Below are positions 60,065 through 64,000 of a stretch of 64,000 bases of DNA, piece by piece; position 1 is the first letter of the stretch; every line of letters begins with the position of its first letter. The stretch is from a bacterium (lineage in GTDB: Bacteria > UBA8248): positions 1,184,001 through 1,248,000 of the forward strand of contig CBDATS010000004.1 of NCBI GenBank assembly GCA_965200245.1. The letters run 5' to 3'. Under the pieces are notes generated by a model. The model was not told the origin of the DNA. It was given only the letters and a program-made list of their open reading frames with translations, and did no database searches. Both the position numbers and the translations under genes were made by a program.

Positions 60065-61450
60065 TCACAAAACCGCTCCATCCTGGCGAAGTTTTTCCCG
60101 CAGCGGTTCTACCGGCAGTTCGCGCGGAGTCATCCTGCGCTCCACGCACATGGACGCCGCCGTACCCGCTGCCTGTCCGATGGTCATGATGTGGGCCTGG
60201 TTGCGCACGGAACCGTTCGCGAAGCGGTCGCTCGATACGGGCCGGCCCGCCACGATGCAGTTCTCGATCTTCCGGGGGATCATGACACCATACGGAATGC
60301 CGTAGGACTCCCCGTCCCTGACGTGTTTGTGCTCAATCACACCGGAAGGCTGGTGTACGTCCAGACAGTAGGCCCCCTGACCGATATCGCGCGGTCCCTT
60401 GCGCGCCTCGACACAGTCTTCATCGGTAAGAGTTTCCTCCCCGATGATGCGGCGCGTCTCGCGCACTCCGATGGCCGAGGCCGAATCCACCACGTAGCAC
60501 TTCTCGAAGCCGGGAACGTATTTGCGGTAGAAATCGCGCACCTTAAATATCTGTTCGCGGCCCTCGATGGCGACCCGGTTCAGATCGTCGTTGTCGACGC
60601 CGCTGTAGCCCAGCATGCTCGTCGAGTTGATGGTGACCACTCCGGGAGTGGCGGTGATGGAAAACACCACGCGCTGGCGGTTCGGGTGAAACTCGCCTCG
60701 CGACTGGGCGAGCTTGACGGCCTCGTAATAGCCGGTAACGAGGGGGTAGTCCTTGTGGGTGCGGAGCCCTGCGGCGATTTCCTCACGGCTCTTGCCAATG
60801 TAGGGATCTTCGCCGAGCATGAAGTTGTAGGGGTTGGCCTTGACGTGCTGGAGGTGGCGATCCAGATCCACGTTTCCCATCCTGGAGAAGAGGCTGATGG
60901 ACATCATCTGGCCCTCTTCGTTCCCGAGATGGAAGGGCGCACCCGCCTGGGCGGCGATGTCTGCGTCGCCGCTCGCGTCGATAACGACGCGTGCGCGGAT
61001 TTCACTCTCCCCACTCTTGTTCACAATTCGAACTCCGGCCACCCGGTCACCGTCCATGACGGGACCGATGGTGTAGGTGTTCAGCACGAGCTCAACGCCC
61101 GCCTCCAGGCAGAGTTTCTGGTTCACGAGCTTGAGCACCTCGCCGTCCTGGGGCGTTACGGAGTAGGAGTTTCCGTAGGCGTTATGGAGATGGCCTTCGG
61201 GAAAAGCGCCGCCCAGCTTGATAAGTTCGTCCACGATTTCCTGGGGAATGCCGTCGCAGATCTGCTCTCCCTTCATGTTGTGGAAAGTAAGGAAGTTGCC
61301 GAGAAGGCCCGCCGTCGCGTTTCCTCCCAGGAAGGCGTAGCGATCCGTGAGGACGGTTCGCGCTCCACCCCGCGCCGCTGCGATTGCGGCGCACACCCCG
61401 GCCATACCAGCTCCGACTACGAGAACGTCAACGTTGCCTCTGTCTGCCAT
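60065..61450 (-). CDS. FAD-dependent oxidoreductase (FAD_oxidored type)
   Basis: DVLVVGAG.AG..AAIAAAR.G, IDASGDAD, GVRETRRI.G, IPY, AGR, GQAAG.AA. Confidence 0.9.
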   Translation of the reverse strand: MADRGNVDVLVVGAGMAGVCAAIAAARGGARTVLTDRYAFLGGNATAGLLGNFLTFHNMKGEQICDGIPQEIVDELIKLGGAFPEGHLHNAYGNSYSVTPQDGEVLKLVNQKLCLEAGVELVLNTYTIGPVMDGDRVAGVRIVNKSGESEIRARVVIDASGDADIAAQAGAPFHLGNEEGQMMSISLFSRMGNVDLDRHLQHVKANPYNFMLGEDPYIGKSREEIAAGLRTHKDYPLVTGYYEAVKLAQSRGEFHPNRQRVVFSITATPGVVTINSTSMLGYSGVDNDDLNRVAIEGREQIFKVRDFYRKYVPGFEKCYVVDSASAIGVRETRRIIGEETLTDEDCVEARKGPRDIGQGAYCLDVHQPSGVIEHKHVRDGESYGIPYGVMIPRKIENCIVAGRPVSSDRFANGSVRNQAHIMTIGQAAGTAASMCVERRMTPRELPVEPLREKLRQDGAVL

Positions 61451-61485
61451 TGGTTTCTCCTTTTTCCACCCGCCTGTATGCCCGC

Positions 61486-62520
61486 CTAATCCTGTACAGG
61501 CTTCGTGACCGCCCGCGTCTCACCGTAGGTAGGGAAAAAAAGCGTGTGGCTCCCCGGTCCACCCGCCACGGTGAGGAGAATGCTTTTTGGGCTATCCGCA
61601 ATCGGAACGGCCTCGGGCTCTGAATCGGTGAAGAGTCCCGGCCGCTTGCCCCGAACGCGCTCGGCTATCTCCGGAGAAAAGCTCGCGAGCGAAACCCGAG
61701 CAAGTTCAAAGAGCGCACACTGCACGTCCTTTCGGTCCATGCCGCCCGCTTCGAGGAGACTTTTATGCTGGGGGCTAAGGACGACCAGCACTTCGCCACC
61801 GCCTTGGGCGTTGTTCGAGCCGGGATAGGCCATTGAGCCTGCGATCATGTGCAGCACACTCTCCGCGCTCCCGCTCGCGTAATCGTTCACGTTCACAGGC
61901 GCGTCCGCACCCACCACCGTCACGGCATCTTGATCCGCGCGGAACCCCCGCGCCATATGGAGCGGCTCCCAGCCGCATTCCGCCTCGGCGAAACAGGCGG
62001 AGAACTTCCCTCCGTGGCCGAAAGTGGCCATATCTGTCTCACCGGGAGTCGCCTGCCCCAGCCGCACGGCGACCAGGCGGACGGCGCGCCCGATCGTAGC
62101 GTTCGCCCGAAAGCCCGGCCCAAGGCATCCGCTACCCGAATGTACGTCAAGCCGTTCGGCAAGAGGCCCGTGGACGACAACCAAGGGCGAGGCGAGTTCG
62201 GTGGTCGCCTGAATGGCCAGGAAATTGAATTCGGGCTCCATCACGGCTTCGAGCGCCGCCAGAACCACCGGGAAGTACACAGGTTTGCACCCTGCGGCCA
62301 CCGCGCAGACGGCGGCATCCCCCACAGTCAACTCTTGCATGCCGGGCGGCATGATTCCCAGAACGTGGCCGGGACCCTCCTGCACCGAGGCGAGCATGGC
62401 GTCGATCGCCCGGCGTGTAGGCGGGACGAGGGGGAGTCCGTCACCCGGTCCGTTCTCAAGTGCGGCTTCGAGCGCCGCCTCGGCGCTCGGCGAAATTTCA
62501 CTCAGAAGTGCCCCGGACAT
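61486..62520 (-). CDS. Uncharacterised 'DGLP' family protein
   Basis: GDGLPLVPPT, AVAAGCKP, IQATT, VHGP, GCLGPGFRANATIGRA, WEPLH..RGF. Confidence 0.85.
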   Translation of the reverse strand: MSGALLSEISPSAEAALEAALENGPGDGLPLVPPTRRAIDAMLASVQEGPGHVLGIMPPGMQELTVGDAAVCAVAAGCKPVYFPVVLAALEAVMEPEFNFLAIQATTELASPLVVVHGPLAERLDVHSGSGCLGPGFRANATIGRAVRLVAVRLGQATPGETDMATFGHGGKFSACFAEAECGWEPLHMARGFRADQDAVTVVGADAPVNVNDYASGSAESVLHMIAGSMAYPGSNNAQGGGEVLVVLSPQHKSLLEAGGMDRKDVQCALFELARVSLASFSPEIAERVRGKRPGLFTDSEPEAVPIADSPKSILLTVAGGPGSHTLFFPTYGETRAVTKPVQD

Positions 62521-62523
62521 AAC

Positions 62524-63999
62524 CTAGTCGATCTTCCGCGTCACAGAGCGGTGGTTCAGTGCGCCCGGCGCAAGGAGCGAGTTCGGTCCCGCGCCGCCAT
62601 GCACCACGATGGTGATGTCGCTTCGGTCCTCGACGATGGGAAGTGTCGCATTCTCCATCGTATTCACTCCGTAGAGCATCTGCTTCCAGTCGCTCCACCG
62701 TTCGCGCGATTCGGGGGGATAGGCGTGGACGGGAATACGGTAGACTTCACAGAGGAAATCGCGCACGAGCTTTTTGTCGAACCCCGCCTCTGCGACCTTG
62801 TTCGCGTGGGTGGGGCCGAATATAAGCATGATCTCGCAGCGGCCGAACTGCGGTCGAGTGCCGGAGCAAGCGGCCACCGTTCCGAAAGTCCCAAGGATGC
62901 CCTGCGCGGTGAGCGCGCTGTGATCATCTACCATGTGGAGGGGTTCTGCAGTGAACACCGTCACGACACTATCCGTTTCAGCGAAGCCCTTCTCCACATG
63001 GAGCGGCTCCCAGGGGCTCTGTTCGACGTTCTCGGTAATGGCGTCGAAATACTTGGCGAAATGGCCCTGGCAAGTAGCACCCCTGTTTTCGAGGTCGCCG
63101 ATGCAGTTGAACATGATGAACTTGACCGCGCGGCCGATGGAGGCGTTCACTCCCCATCTCTTCTCGCTCAGGTCGCGTCCGTCGCTCATCCCGATCTCTT
63201 GTGCGATGGGGCCGTTCACCACGACGATGGGGAACAGCGTGTGCGCCGTGGTGATGACATGGTTGACGTGATATTCCTCAGCCCCCATGGCTTGCACCGC
63301 TGTCACGAGGATAGGCATGACGCCCGGCTTGCATCCCGCCATGACGGCGTTGGCTGCGATTCGTTCGACAGTGATGTCCGCCATTCTAGGCATGAGGCGG
63401 GCGATGACTTCATCTCCCCTCCGGCCCGAGGCCGCCACAAACCGCTCCACCATCTCCACAGTGGGAGGTATGACGGGCAGCCCGTCGGTCACGCCTAGAT
63501 CGAAGAGCGCTCCGTTGGTGCCAATGGGGTCTGCCTCTATCGAAAGAACTCGCTCGATGGGGTCTTCCGCTGCTGCGGCTTCTCCCCCGTTCGCTGAGTT
63601 CATCCACTCGGAGGCCACAGAATCCACGCCGTTTCGCGCAATGTGCGTCAGAGCGTCGCCGCCTTGGTGGGCCACGGTGTCGTCCACCAGGAGAAGGCGC
63701 AGATTTGGGGATTTATAGGCACGGGCGAAGCTGCGCGCCGCCGTCTCGAAACCGTTTCCCACCACTACGACGGTGGGAACACCGCGTTTTTCGAGTTCCG
63801 CCGAGTCGTGGACACTCCACGACGTGCAACCCCCTCAGACTCCGAAGCCGGTTACCGCCACATCGCAGTTCGAGGCGATCTCGTCGAGCATCTCCTGCCC
63901 GGCACCCTGAGCGGCCCAGCCCTTCTTTCGCACGAAGAGTTCGGCGCCGTGCCGTTCCGCAAAGACCTCCCCGACATGGTTCAGGAATTCACCCGCGTG
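62524..63999 (-). CDS. Fusion of a UGSC-type Sec domain (U-G-G-C; TGA 63835-63837) and a divergent 'DGLP' domain; 5' end beyond window
   Basis: Continuous frame ...EMLDEIASNCDVAVTGFGV-TGA-GGCTSWSVHDSAELEKRGVPTVVVVGNGF...TDGLPVIPPT...NAVMAGCKP... Confidence 0.88.
63805..63823 (-). promoter_or_regulatory. Putative SECIS hairpin of the fusion gene
   Basis: GUCGUGGA-GUG-UCCACGAC; perfect 8-bp stem starts 11 nt after UGA. Confidence 0.78.
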
Positions 64000-64000
64000 G

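Noticed and set aside
55555-63498. Long plus-strand ORFs (55555-56871, 58650-59984, 60044-61489, 61849-63498)
   Set aside because: Antisense shadows of well-supported minus-strand genes in GC-rich sequence; no motifs of their own.

Overview
Bacterial chromosomal window, moderately GC-rich and gene-dense; no rRNA, tRNA, CRISPR array or intact mobile element was seen. The left half is mostly housekeeping: yicC-gmk-coaBC-udg, rarA, purE-tsaC, thrC-PTPS-SDR, a solitary dnaN, tupABC and nadA-nadC. It also has a DUF433/VapC45-like toxin-antitoxin pair whose toxin is frameshifted. The right half holds the main signal: three genes that the ORF track breaks at an in-frame TGA are very probably selenoproteins. 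(1) An Ogt-type alkyltransferase has the active site P-U-H-R-V (TGA 39265-39267). (2) A stand-alone UGSC-type protein has a GrdB/PrdB-like U-G-S-C motif (TGA 43227-43229). (3) A U-G-G-C domain (TGA 63835-63837) is fused in frame to an uncharacterised ~340-aa 'DGLP' domain. Each TGA is followed by a SECIS-like hairpin with a G-initiated loop 19-20 nt downstream, and the two UxxC hairpins differ by a compensatory base-pair change. Six paralogues of the DGLP domain occur: four in tandem, one fused to the Sec domain, and one next to the fusion in an operon with an FAD oxidoreductase and a CUT1 ABC importer. Together these suggest an uncharacterised, multi-paralogue, selenium-dependent reductase-like catabolic system. 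All product calls come from motif recognition only; no database searches were run.
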